Assembly (NCBI GenBank): GCA_963740905.1
Contig: CAVUFY010000008.1
Location: forward strand, 190,444-254,443
Reading direction: 5' to 3'
DNA: 64,000 bases
Origin: an uncultured delta proteobacterium
Lineage (GTDB): Bacteria > Desulfobacterota > DSM-4660 > Desulfatiglandales > HGW-15
Position numbers and translations under genes: made by a program. Of this stretch, positions 1-9,090 are shown in pieces. How positions within the stretch are numbered: position 1 is the first letter of the stretch; every line of letters begins with the position of its first letter. The notes under the pieces are model-generated. The model searched no databases. It was not told the origin of the DNA and saw only the letters and a list, made by a program, of their open reading frames with translations.

Positions 1-289
1 CAACTTCGTGAGCGCAGGTGAAGATCAATCTTCCTTCATCCCTGTCCCCCAACAACCTCTCATTGATGACGATTCTCTTGGAATCGACGTACGTGGCGCC
101 GAGCACATCGTCTATGCCCAGTTTTGCTTCCAGATCTTCGTAGCTCAGGCTCAGGACCAGGAAACGTTCGATCACGTCTTCGACAGGGATGGGAGGACTC
201 ACTCGACGGCCGACCATGGACTCGTATCCGGCGAGCAACTCTCGGGCCTCATAAGCGATCTCTTCCTTTGTCATCCAGGGAACTCTCAT
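1..289 (-). CDS. ImmA/IrrE-family metallopeptidase, N-terminal part (runs off left edge; absent from ORF track)
   Basis: Manual translation from ATG at 289, which overlaps the XRE stop (ATGA): MRVPWMTKEEIAYEARELLAGYESMVGRRVSPPIPVEDVIERFL...VLGATYVDSKRIVINERLLGDRDEGRLIFTCAHEV(G). This is the typical 'R..FT.AHE.GH' lead-in to HExxH; the second His lies beyond the window. Confidence 0.85.
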   Translation of the reverse strand, partial: MRVPWMTKEEIAYEARELLAGYESMVGRRVSPPIPVEDVIERFLVLSLSYEDLEAKLGIDDVLGATYVDSKRIVINERLLGDRDEGRLIFTCAHEV

Positions 290-645
290 TGGTTATTCTC
301 CTTCCCCTTGCCCAGGTCCATGATCCTGACGAGTTGGGTGAGTTTCTCCCAATCGCCGTTTCTGTACCCATGCTCCTTGGCCATGCGCAGGAAGTCGGCC
401 GCCTTGGGTTCCCGGGCGACATACTCGGACAGTTCCGGATCAACCTTGCTCGCCGCCTTTAGGAGTTCTCCCTTGTCAACATTGAGAACTGCCTCCATCT
501 CGAGAATGACCCTTTCCGAGGGCGGCGGGACTTTTTCGTTTTCCAGGTCGCTCAGATACCCTGGCGATATGCCGACGCGACCGGCCACTTCCCGCAGCCC
601 CATCCTCGCTTTGAGCCTGCTTTCTTTCAGAATTCTCCCGAACAT
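286..645 (-). CDS. XRE-family helix-turn-helix transcriptional regulator
   Basis: FGRILKESRLKARMGLREVAGRVGISPGYLSDLENEK is a classic HTH_3 pattern; 119 aa. Confidence 0.92.
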   Translation of the reverse strand: MFGRILKESRLKARMGLREVAGRVGISPGYLSDLENEKVPPPSERVILEMEAVLNVDKGELLKAASKVDPELSEYVAREPKAADFLRMAKEHGYRNGDWEKLTQLVRIMDLGKGKENNQ

Positions 646-670
646 GTGTTCTATTTAATAGAACACATGT
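642..670. promoter_or_regulatory. Perfect 14-bp inverted repeat (1-bp spacer) over the XRE start codon and putative promoter; likely operator
   Basis: ACATGTGTTCTATT-T-AATAGAACACATGT. On the minus strand TTGACC (680-675) lies just upstream, and there is no SD before the ATG. Confidence 0.65.
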
Positions 671-792
671 GCTCGGTCAAGAAAAAAATGCACGTTCTTG
701 ACTCAGCCCTGGATGGAATTCACGGATTGACGAATTTTGGGGCAGGAGGTACGACCTCTCCTCGGTTTGAGAAGAAGCAACGGATTCAGAGT

Positions 793-1755
793 CTACGTTT
801 CTATCAGGTTGATCAGGTCCCGCCTTTCCCCCTGTAAAAAACGGCGAAGGTTCTCTCCGAAGATGGAGAAAACCAGGTCCACGTAATTTTCGCTCGCCCC
901 TGCCACATGGGGAGTTATGATGACGTTTCTGAGGTTCCACAGGGGATGATCTCTCGGTAATGGCTCCGTCCAAAAAGTGTCCAGGGCCGCCCCTGCGAGT
1001 TTCTCCTCTTCGAGTACCTCGATCAAGGCTTGTTCATCCACCACCTTTCCCCTGCCCAGATTGATCAGATAGGAAGTCGGCTTCATGGCGGAAAGCACCT
1101 CCCTGTTTACCATATGTTCGGTCTTCGAAGTGTAGGGAACCACGATGATGAAATAGTCAACCTTCGGGATCACCTGAAGAATCTCTGATGGATCATGAAA
1201 ATAATCCACCGAGCCAACCGGCCTTTTGGTGACGTCCATGCCATAGACGGTCATTTCGAAGGCCTTGCACTTGTTCGCGATTTCCTCTCCTATGACGCCG
1301 ATACCCAGGATGCCCACATTCTTTCTATGAAGGAGTTTCCCCGGCCAACGCTCCCAGACTCTTCTTTCCTGGTTCTTCACATTTTGGGAAAAATTCCGGC
1401 TCAAAGACAGCATGAGGAGAATAGCCATCTCAGAGACCTGCGGTCCATGAATACCCCTGGCGGAAGTCAGCAGAATATCTTTCTTGTAGGAAGGCAGGTC
1501 TACGATATAGTTGACCCCTGAGGTCTTGACCTGAATCCACTGGAGCTTCCTGGCCCTTTGGAGAAGCCCGTCGGAGATTTTTCGGGTGAGAAGGATGTCG
1601 GCCTCTTCAATGAGCGAGCCGATGTCCTCTTCCTTCGAGAAGGCATGTACGGTCACTTCCGGAAACCGGCTTTGTACCGCAGCTTTGTAACCCTCTCTCT
1701 CATCCGTATCATCCAAGATAATCAATTGCATTCCTGAATCCCTCACCGTGCTCAT
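793..1755 (-). CDS. D-2-hydroxyacid dehydrogenase family protein
   Basis: GILGIGVIG NAD-binding motif, LINLGRG, AALDTF, ITPHVAG catalytic His motif. Confidence 0.92.
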   Translation of the reverse strand: MSTVRDSGMQLIILDDTDEREGYKAAVQSRFPEVTVHAFSKEEDIGSLIEEADILLTRKISDGLLQRARKLQWIQVKTSGVNYIVDLPSYKKDILLTSARGIHGPQVSEMAILLMLSLSRNFSQNVKNQERRVWERWPGKLLHRKNVGILGIGVIGEEIANKCKAFEMTVYGMDVTKRPVGSVDYFHDPSEILQVIPKVDYFIIVVPYTSKTEHMVNREVLSAMKPTSYLINLGRGKVVDEQALIEVLEEEKLAGAALDTFWTEPLPRDHPLWNLRNVIITPHVAGASENYVDLVFSIFGENLRRFLQGERRDLINLIET

Positions 1756-2081
1756 TGAATCCTGGCCCGTCCTTTGATTAAGGCCATCTCCTCCGAACTC
1801 TTAATCGCTTTGAACTGGTACGGCTTTTTTTTCGTATAGGCGGTCGCTCTTATTGTCAAGGAAAGTCTGATTTTTCCAAAAGTCTGTAGGAAATTCTTGA
1901 GATTTTTGATGTGACGTTCTTCCGGAACCAATTCCATCTTGGATAGCAATTCTCCCAGGGTAGTTTTTCTCCCTTGCCCGGGTCGCTTAGAATGGATTAG
2001 AGTCTCAATTTGTGCGCCGACTTGGGCTCTTGCGGAGAAGTTCTATGGCCAGGTCTGGTCTTTTTTTTGACTTGTCTTTTC

Positions 2082-3347
2082 ATGGATGCACACCCGAAAA
2101 AGCATCGATTCTTCTATGGTTATGTTGTGGCCGCAGCCGGCTTTATTGCCTGGTTTATCGGCTGGGGAAGCTACTCAACATGTTTCGGTCTCTTTTTCAA
2201 ACCGCTGGTCACGGAGTTTCAATGGACACGCGCAGACACGTCCTTCGCATTCTCTGTGTCTTTACTGGTCCAGGCCACTCTGGGGATAGCGACAGGCTGG
2301 CTCACGGATAGGCTGGGTCCGCGGATTGTGGTGACCGTCTTCGGTTCTTTTCTGGGCTGGTCTCTTTTACTCATATCTCAAGTCCACGCCCTTTGGCAAC
2401 TCGTTATTGCCTATGCGATCGTGGGAGGCATAGGGGCAAGCGTCTTGAACATTCCGATCATGGCAACGGTCTCCCGATGGTTTGTCAAAAGACGTGGACT
2501 CATGACGGGCCTTGTGCAGTCCGGAGCGGGCCTGGGCGGGTTCTTTCTCGCGCCCTTCACCGGACGCTTGATCATAAGGTATGGATGGAGAAACGCCAGC
2601 AATATGCTCGGCATCATGACTTTGACTCTGATAGTGCTCGCAGGCTTGCTTCTCATCCGGGATCCCGGGGATGCGGGGCAAGTTGCAGACGGAATCCAGA
2701 CCGGAAGGAAAAAGACCGCGAAGTCCCAAAGAGAGAAAGACAAGAGCTCCGGATCTCCTTTTCGGGTCTTTATGTCCCCGGCTCCGTTCTGGGTGATTGC
2801 CGGCATCTACGCCAGCTTCGGCTATTTCAGATCCACCTTCACCACCCATACTGCGGCCCATGTTCAGGACATGGGATTCTCTCTTTCTGACGGGGCAAAC
2901 GTTCTGGCCCTGATTTCCGCAAGCAGTATCGTCGGCAGGATCGGCATGGGACGGGCGGCGGACAAGATAGGGAATCGGCCCGCGCTGATGATCAGTTTCA
3001 TGGTGACCACATTGATCATTGGTTGGCTGCTCACCGCGAGAAGTTTATGGGCGCTATATCTTTTTGCGGCCGTCTATGGTTTCGGCTGGGGCGCTCTGGC
3101 TGTTCTCAGATTCGCCATCACTGCTGAAGTGTTTGGATTGGCCTCAGTGGGATTCATCATGGGAACCCTCGGGTTCTCGGAATCCTTGATCGCTGCCTTT
3201 GGGAGCTATTTCGGTGGGTTTGTCTTTGACCTTTCCGGGAACTATGACCAGGCATTTCTGATCTGCATGGCCATTTCTTTCACCGGCGTCTTTCTATCAT
3301 GGCGGCTGAAACCGAATCAGTTTCCGGGCAGGCAGAGACCTCTGTAG
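2082..3347 (+). CDS. MFS transporter (OFA/MCT-like)
   Basis: About 12 hydrophobic segments, GWLTDRLGPR MFS motif A, WFVKRRGL; start chosen at ATG 2082 (track ORF opens at 2010). Confidence 0.88.
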   Translation: MDAHPKKHRFFYGYVVAAAGFIAWFIGWGSYSTCFGLFFKPLVTEFQWTRADTSFAFSVSLLVQATLGIATGWLTDRLGPRIVVTVFGSFLGWSLLLISQVHALWQLVIAYAIVGGIGASVLNIPIMATVSRWFVKRRGLMTGLVQSGAGLGGFFLAPFTGRLIIRYGWRNASNMLGIMTLTLIVLAGLLLIRDPGDAGQVADGIQTGRKKTAKSQREKDKSSGSPFRVFMSPAPFWVIAGIYASFGYFRSTFTTHTAAHVQDMGFSLSDGANVLALISASSIVGRIGMGRAADKIGNRPALMISFMVTTLIIGWLLTARSLWALYLFAAVYGFGWGALAVLRFAITAEVFGLASVGFIMGTLGFSESLIAAFGSYFGGFVFDLSGNYDQAFLICMAISFTGVFLSWRLKPNQFPGRQRPL

Positions 3348-3406
3348 AACAAAGATTTTCTTGATCCGGCATCGAGCCTATGGTACATACCTTCTTGTCT
3401 TCGTTT

Positions 3407-3565
3407 TGACGGCTTCCTAAAAAGTCCATCTGTGTCGTTGCGTTTCATCGTCTCAAGAAAGTGACGAGTCACGAGTTACAAGCATTTGGTCTCGTTACTT
3501 GTTACTCGTCACTCGTAACTGAGATGGCTATGCCGTCCACTTTGAGGACTTTGGCGAAGTTGTCT
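3407..3565 (+). repeat. MITE/REP-like palindromic element, family A (GTGACGA-type heptads), copy 1
   Basis: Ends TGACGGCTTCCTAAAAAGTCC ... GGACTTTGGCGAAGTTGTC are imperfect inverted repeats. The core holds inverted heptad arrays, and the element aligns with the reverse complement of 63470-63630. Confidence 0.75.
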
Positions 3566-3725
3566 TGTTATGCCAGATAAGAGTACCTCTTTATCCGAGG
3601 AAATAAATCTACTGCGGGGCTTTAGCCGCAAGCCAACAGTTCCGACAAACCATGCCAGGATTCCCAGCCTCCCTTTTGTTGAGCCGCAGTGACATCGAGA
3701 ACCGGCTTTCCTTCGGAGAACGACC

Positions 3726-5171
3726 ATGAGAAAGACCATCGAGTCCTACCTGGACCGCTTGCAAGAGAAGCTCCCAGGGGATCTGATCCTCATTAAGAAG
3801 AGTGTGAATCCGGCGCGATTTGATGTGACGGCGATCTTACAGCACCTGGAAAACCGAGGCAAGTATCCCGCCCTTCTCTTTGACAACGCCTTGAATCTGA
3901 AAGGAGTTCGGTCCCCTTTCAGGCTCCTGACCAATGTTTTCGCAAGTAGACGAAGATGTGCGCTGGCCCTTGATTTGGACTCGCTTCAGTGGAAGCTCGA
4001 ACTGAGCCTTGAATATGCCAAAAGAGAGAATCGCCAGATCCCACCGGAGGTCATTTCCAAAGAGACTGCCCCTGTAAAGGAGGTAGTCAAGAAAGGCCCT
4101 GAAGCTGACTTAAGGGATTTCCCGATCCTTCGCCATCACGAAATGGACGGTGGACCGTACATAGACATGGTGGTGGTGATGAGAGATCCCGACGAGGGCT
4201 TCTACAACGCTTCCTTCCACCGCAATGAGTACAGGGGGCCACAGAAGATGGGGATCCACATGTCACCGCGCCATAACTGGACCATCTTCAGAAAGAATGA
4301 GGAGAGAAATCGACCGACACCTGTTGTCGTGATCGTGAGCCATCATCCCGCCTTCTTCCTGGGTGCCCTCAATGTGGCCGGATTCGGGACGAACGATTAT
4401 TCCTTAATCAGCGGCATTATGGGTGAGCCCCTGAGGCTGACGGCTTCGGAGACTTGGGGAGAAGAATTTCTGGTTCCTGCCGACGCCGAGATCGTCATCG
4501 AAGGCACCATACCGCCGAAGACACGGGAGATCGAAGGGCCTTTCGGCGAGTTTCCCGGGACCTATGGGCCCCAACGATGGAGACCGGTTATCGAAGTCAA
4601 GGCTGTCACTCACAAAAGCATGGCCATTTACCAGGATATCTTTGTCGGACATCGGGACACGTGGATTGTTGGCGGCATTCCCAAGGAAGGTAGTCTTTTC
4701 AACGCCATAAAAGGCGTGGTCCCGACAGTCAAGGCAGTCCATTTTGCCGTCTCCGGTGCATGCCGCTTCAACTGTTACATCTCCGTGGATAAGAAGGTGG
4801 AAGGCGAGACTAAACAGGCGGCCCTTATGGCCATGGCCCAGTGCGACTTTGTGAAAAACGTGATCGTCGTCGACGCGGACGTGGACCCCTTCAATGAGCA
4901 GCAGGTCATGTGGGCCGTGGCCACCCGGGTTCAACCGGCCGAAGACGTGGATATCATCAGGAACATCAAGGGGAACACTCTTGATCCATCCTTGACCCAC
5001 GATATCAGGGGTAGCAAGATGATCATCGATGCGACAAAGCCTGTGGACCGTCCTTTTGCGCGAAAGGTTAACGTGCCGGATGAAGCGTTGGACCGGATAA
5101 GGCTTGAGGACTTCATCGATCGGAAAGTCCTCGCCAGACTGACCGTTCCCGATGAAGAGGCTTGTGGGTAG
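3726..5171 (+). CDS. UbiD-family (prFMN-dependent) decarboxylase
   Basis: FHR (catalytic Arg region), EGPFGEFPGTY (E-x4-E), VVDADVDPFN, WAVATRVQP, LDPS, KMIIDATKP; 481 aa. Confidence 0.95.
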   Translation: MRKTIESYLDRLQEKLPGDLILIKKSVNPARFDVTAILQHLENRGKYPALLFDNALNLKGVRSPFRLLTNVFASRRRCALALDLDSLQWKLELSLEYAKRENRQIPPEVISKETAPVKEVVKKGPEADLRDFPILRHHEMDGGPYIDMVVVMRDPDEGFYNASFHRNEYRGPQKMGIHMSPRHNWTIFRKNEERNRPTPVVVIVSHHPAFFLGALNVAGFGTNDYSLISGIMGEPLRLTASETWGEEFLVPADAEIVIEGTIPPKTREIEGPFGEFPGTYGPQRWRPVIEVKAVTHKSMAIYQDIFVGHRDTWIVGGIPKEGSLFNAIKGVVPTVKAVHFAVSGACRFNCYISVDKKVEGETKQAALMAMAQCDFVKNVIVVDADVDPFNEQQVMWAVATRVQPAEDVDIIRNIKGNTLDPSLTHDIRGSKMIIDATKPVDRPFARKVNVPDEALDRIRLEDFIDRKVLARLTVPDEEACG

Positions 5172-5187
5172 AGAGGAGGAAACATCG

Positions 5188-5343
5188 ATGGTCAGAATCT
5201 TCACAATCGCCTGTCCCAAGTGCAAGAAGGAGTTTGAAGTCCATTTTGAGGAACTGCGGCACAGGGACATAAAACTGCACTGCCCCTATTGTGACAACTG
5301 GTTCCACCAATCAGAGAGCGACCAGATCGATGAGCGCTGGTAG
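5188..5343 (+). CDS. Small zinc-ribbon protein (51 aa, CPKC...CPYC)
   Basis: SD GAGGAGGA precedes ATG 5188; MVRIFTIACPKCKKEFEVHFEELRHRDIKLHCPYCDNWFHQSESDQIDERW; lies 16 nt after the ubiD stop. Confidence 0.8.
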   Translation: MVRIFTIACPKCKKEFEVHFEELRHRDIKLHCPYCDNWFHQSESDQIDERW

Positions 5344-5390
5344 AAAGATGACCCTTTCTGCCCCGTTTATGTCACTGAGATGAAAGGAGA

Positions 5391-6377
5391 ATGGATATGA
5401 GGTTTTTACATTCGATTAAGCCAGCCGTTTTGATGACCATGATAGTGGCTCTTGGAGCCCCTGTACCGAGTTATGCTCAGCCGCCAAAGGCGCTCGCCCT
5501 GGGAACTTCTTCCATGGGTAGCGCCTTCTATGCCATTTCCGTGGTCATGGCTAATGCCATTTCCAAGAAAAGCGGCATCAACCTGAATGTCGAACCGGTG
5601 GGCGGATCGGACGCCACCGTTCGAGGGCTTATCGCGAAGAAGGTTGAACTGGCCATGCTCAATGCCAATACAGCGGTTAACGCCTACACAGGGGCGGGCT
5701 CCTATGCCAAGTCCGGCAAAGCCCCTATCTCCCTCATCGCCCAAGGCCAGGACAGCCTTAGGCAGATCGTTGTTCGCAGAGACTCCGGCATCAGGACGAT
5801 AGGTGATCTGGTGGGCAAGAAGTTCATCGCCCGGCGAAGAGCCAACATTGAAATGGAACAGATGGCGGATATCCTCCTGGAGCTTTACGGAGTGGACAAG
5901 AAGAGCGTGAAGATCATTGAGACCGTGGAGTCCAACGAGACCGCGGATGCCCTGAAAGTGGGCAGCGTGGATGCAGCCATTTTGCCGGGTGGACTCCGAG
6001 CGGGCTACATCCTTGATCTGGCCCAGTCCGCGGACCTTGTCTTCCTCCAGATCCCGGATGACAAGATGGATGCCCTTGTCAAGAGAATGGGCCCCGCTTT
6101 TTATGTGACCACCATCCCGGCCAACACCTACCGGGGGCAGACCGAGGAGGTCAAGGCGCTTGCGATGCCGGCTCTTCTGGTGTGCAGACAAGACCTGGAT
6201 CAAGAGACGGTTTACAAGATCACCAAGGCGCTCTTTTCCAGCCACGATGAAATGAAGAACGGACACGTATCGGGAGCGGACTGGAATTTGAAGAACACCC
6301 TCAAGAGTGAGCCCATTCCCTTTCACCCCGGCGCCATCCGATACTTCAAAGAGATCGGAGCATGGAATAAGTCTTAA
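5391..6377 (+). CDS. TAXI-family TRAP transporter solute-binding subunit
   Basis: Signal peptide, GTSSMGSAFY, PANTYRGQ, PIPFHPGAIRYFKE; SD AAAGGAG. Confidence 0.93.
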   Translation: MDMRFLHSIKPAVLMTMIVALGAPVPSYAQPPKALALGTSSMGSAFYAISVVMANAISKKSGINLNVEPVGGSDATVRGLIAKKVELAMLNANTAVNAYTGAGSYAKSGKAPISLIAQGQDSLRQIVVRRDSGIRTIGDLVGKKFIARRRANIEMEQMADILLELYGVDKKSVKIIETVESNETADALKVGSVDAAILPGGLRAGYILDLAQSADLVFLQIPDDKMDALVKRMGPAFYVTTIPANTYRGQTEEVKALAMPALLVCRQDLDQETVYKITKALFSSHDEMKNGHVSGADWNLKNTLKSEPIPFHPGAIRYFKEIGAWNKS

Positions 6378-6398
6378 CCTGCAACTTCTTTGCATGTT

Positions 6399-6452
6399 GC
6401 GGAGGAGTTCTAAGCTCCGGTCTGGGGGGGTAGTCTCTTTAGAGCCGCAACC
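6399..6452 (-). repeat. Repeat family F, partial copy (inverted)
   Basis: Reverse complement GGTTGCGGCTCTAAAGAGACTACCCCCCCAGACCGGAGCTTAGAACTCCTCCGC aligns with 25087-25138. Confidence 0.7.
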
Positions 6453-6543
6453 GGAAATGGACTTGCCCTTTCTAATCGCCCCAGAGTTCTCAAGTCTTCT
6501 TCTGAGAAGGCGCAAGCCACGAGCCAACCGAAGAGGTCAATGA

Positions 6544-6571
6544 ACTACCCCGCAGCAAACTACGGGATATC
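6544..6571. repeat. Short REP-like imperfect palindrome
   Basis: ACTACCCCGCAGCAAACTACGGGATATC; a similar motif occurs at about 36824-36853. Confidence 0.45.
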
Positions 6572-6582
6572 GAACCTATTTC

Positions 6583-6647
6583 GTCATGCCGGACTTGATC
6601 CGGCATCCAGTCCTTCTTTTCTGGATTCCGGCGTTCACCGGAATGAC
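6583..6647. repeat. REP-like double-hairpin element (GTCATGCCGG...GGAATGAC type)
   Basis: GTCATGCCGGACTTGATCCGGCATCCAG-N-CTGGATTCCGGCGTTCACCGGAATGAC, two nested hairpins; a fragment TTGATCCGGCATC also occurs at 3361. Confidence 0.75.
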
Positions 6648-6690
6648 AAAACCGCAGGAAGCCGCGGGAAATGCACTCAAAGGGATTCAA

Positions 6691-6783
6691 TGGGGCTACC
6701 ACCATAACCCATTGAGTTTTCGGCGTCGGTTTCACGCCCCAGTGGAAATGGTTGCGGCTCTGAAGAGACCTCCCATGGGGCGG
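6691..6783 (+). repeat. Repeat family F copy
   Basis: TGGGGCTACCACCATAACCCATTGAGTTTTCGGCG...GGTTGCGGCTCTGAAGAGACC aligns with 25029-25120. Confidence 0.75.
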
Positions 6784-6870
6784 CTCGGGAGAACCGTTTG
6801 GTCGCGACCGTTGTCCTGCATTAGGTAAATAGAGTCGCCGATTCCATTGCCGGCACGAGAGGAGCATCCG

Positions 6871-8772
6871 GTGAACTTCAAAAAGTCTGTTGGAATCGTT
6901 GCGGGCCTGGCCTCGCTTTACCAGCTTTTCATGGCCAGCCGTATCTTGACTTGGCTCGGCTATTTTGTCCCGGAGCAGAAGCATAAGGCAGTATGCCTGA
7001 TGTTTGCCCTGTTTCTCGTCTATGCCCTGATCGCAGGACACGGCAAGATTCGAAAAGCCAATCTGGCCTGGCACGATGTGCTTCTTCTTGTTGCAGGTCT
7101 TATCGGGAGCGGATTTGTCGTCTTCAACTACGGAGCCATTCTCGATTACTCGATGGACGGCTTCCTTGACACAAAGGGTATCATTCTGTGTTTCCTTCTC
7201 GCTGCAAGTCTTTTTGAAGCCGTTCGCAGAATGACGGGGTTAGCACTTCCCATAATTGTGCTTGTCTTCCTGCTGGGCACGGTGTTCCAGAACCACCTCC
7301 CTGGCCTCCTCCATGGAAAGGGTTTCGACTTGGATCGCCTCGGATTTGCCCTTTACGTGGGAAGAGGCGGAATTTTTGGTGTTCCTCTCGGTGTCGCGAC
7401 CACCATCCTCATCACCTACATCATCTTTGGTCGCTTCATGCAGGATGCCGGGGCGGGGAAGTTTTTCATCGATCTGGCATTAGCCGCCACCGGGTGGATG
7501 CGAGGTGGCGTGGCCAAGGCCACTATCTTTGCCAGTTGTCTTTTCGGCATGATCACCGGATCCCCTTCCGCGGAGGTCGCCACGGTAGGAAGTATCTCCA
7601 TTCCCATGATGATCCAGACCGGATACAGGCCGCGGTTTGCGGCAGCGGTCGAAGCCGTTGCCGGAACAGGTGGGCAGTTCATGCCTCCGGTAATGGGCGC
7701 CATTGCCTTCATCATGGCGGAATGGATAGGGGTTCCGTACGGGCAGATAGCAAAGGCCGCCTTCATTCCAGCGGCGCTCTATTTTTTTGTGCTCTTCGTC
7801 TCGATCCACTTCGAGGCCGTCAAGACGGGACTTAAACCCGTTGAACGCAAAGATATCCCTTCGCCTTGGGCGACCCTCAAAAAGGGCTATTTTTATCTTC
7901 TCCCTTTGGCGCTTCTCATCTACCTCCTGATAGGGCGAAACTTTCCGCCCGAAATGGCCGGCATGTACTCTTGTCTCATGCTTGTCGCCGTGAGTTTCAT
8001 GTCTCATGAAAAGAAACATCGTCTCACGCCTGCAAGATTGTGGGGTTCTCTGGTGGAAGGAGCGAAGACATGGCTTGTCGTGGCCGTTGTCACCGCTACG
8101 GTAGGGATGCTGATCGGGGCACTGGAGTTGAGCGGGCTTGGAATCAAGTTTTCAGCCTTCATCCTCGATCTTACAGAAGGTAACTTGCATCTCACCCTTC
8201 TCCTGATCGGCCTATCCAGCTTTGTACTGGGTATGGGTCTGGATTCCATTCCGGCTTACATCACCCTGGTCATCCTCGCAGCCCCGGCGCTGGTAAAACT
8301 TGGGGTGCCCGTCATGGTGGCACACCTCTACGTGGTATACTGGGGACTCGCGTCTTTTATCACCCCGCCCGTCTGCCTCGCCGTTTATGTTGCCTGCGGC
8401 ATCAGTAACACGAAGATCTTGGAGACAGGCTGGGAGGCGGTGAAGCTCGGGATATGCGTCTTCATCATTCCATTCGCCTTTGTTTATAACAGGGCTCTTC
8501 TGGCACAGGGAATGCCTGGAGAAATACTCGCCGCCGTTTTAACCGCCACTTTAGGGGGAATTCTTGTGGCCGTCAGCAACAGAGGCTACTTCCTCTCCCC
8601 GGTCAGACGATGGAAGAGAGTCGCCGTCTTCGTCGGCGGCATCGTCCTCATAGGGCCCACGACAATCTGGAGCACCGCCATCGGCGTGGCCCTCGGAATC
8701 GCGGGACTTATAGGCCAAAGATCGCCCAAGCCTTTAAGCCTCCTCACCGCCGAGGACCAGCCGGAGCGATAG
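6871..8772 (+). CDS. TRAP transporter fused permease (4TM/12TM, TAXI-associated)
   Basis: Highly hydrophobic; SSxxFGMITGS-like, GGQFMPPVMGAIAFIMAE, LGMGL, ITPPVCLA; GTG 6871 follows SD GAGGAG. Confidence 0.93.
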   Translation: MNFKKSVGIVAGLASLYQLFMASRILTWLGYFVPEQKHKAVCLMFALFLVYALIAGHGKIRKANLAWHDVLLLVAGLIGSGFVVFNYGAILDYSMDGFLDTKGIILCFLLAASLFEAVRRMTGLALPIIVLVFLLGTVFQNHLPGLLHGKGFDLDRLGFALYVGRGGIFGVPLGVATTILITYIIFGRFMQDAGAGKFFIDLALAATGWMRGGVAKATIFASCLFGMITGSPSAEVATVGSISIPMMIQTGYRPRFAAAVEAVAGTGGQFMPPVMGAIAFIMAEWIGVPYGQIAKAAFIPAALYFFVLFVSIHFEAVKTGLKPVERKDIPSPWATLKKGYFYLLPLALLIYLLIGRNFPPEMAGMYSCLMLVAVSFMSHEKKHRLTPARLWGSLVEGAKTWLVVAVVTATVGMLIGALELSGLGIKFSAFILDLTEGNLHLTLLLIGLSSFVLGMGLDSIPAYITLVILAAPALVKLGVPVMVAHLYVVYWGLASFITPPVCLAVYVACGISNTKILETGWEAVKLGICVFIIPFAFVYNRALLAQGMPGEILAAVLTATLGGILVAVSNRGYFLSPVRRWKRVAVFVGGIVLIGPTTIWSTAIGVALGIAGLIGQRSPKPLSLLTAEDQPER

Positions 8773-9090
8773 CCCCCACGTCTTTTTCCTCCAGGAATCG
8801 TCCGTGGAGTGCGACTTCATCGTATCTCGTTGAGGCCAAGGACCGATGCTGGAAGGAAATAATCAAGACGGACGACTGTGTAATCCATTCCCGCATCGAT
8901 AACACCCGAGATTTTCCGGGGTTTCTCCTGCCAGGACTCTGGAATCTATGTAGCGAAGGACTGAGGTTCAATAAACTTGTGTATCAAGCGAAAAGGCCCT
9001 AAGATATTCATTTGACCATGATCTGAATGAAGAGACTTTCTCGGATCAAAAGCCCGAGAATGTGAAGAACGCGCCGCAAGGGAAAATGCA

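Noticed and set aside
3461-3520. Short periodic repeats as a possible CRISPR array
   Set aside because: The period is 7 nt with no unique spacers, and there are no cas genes in the window.
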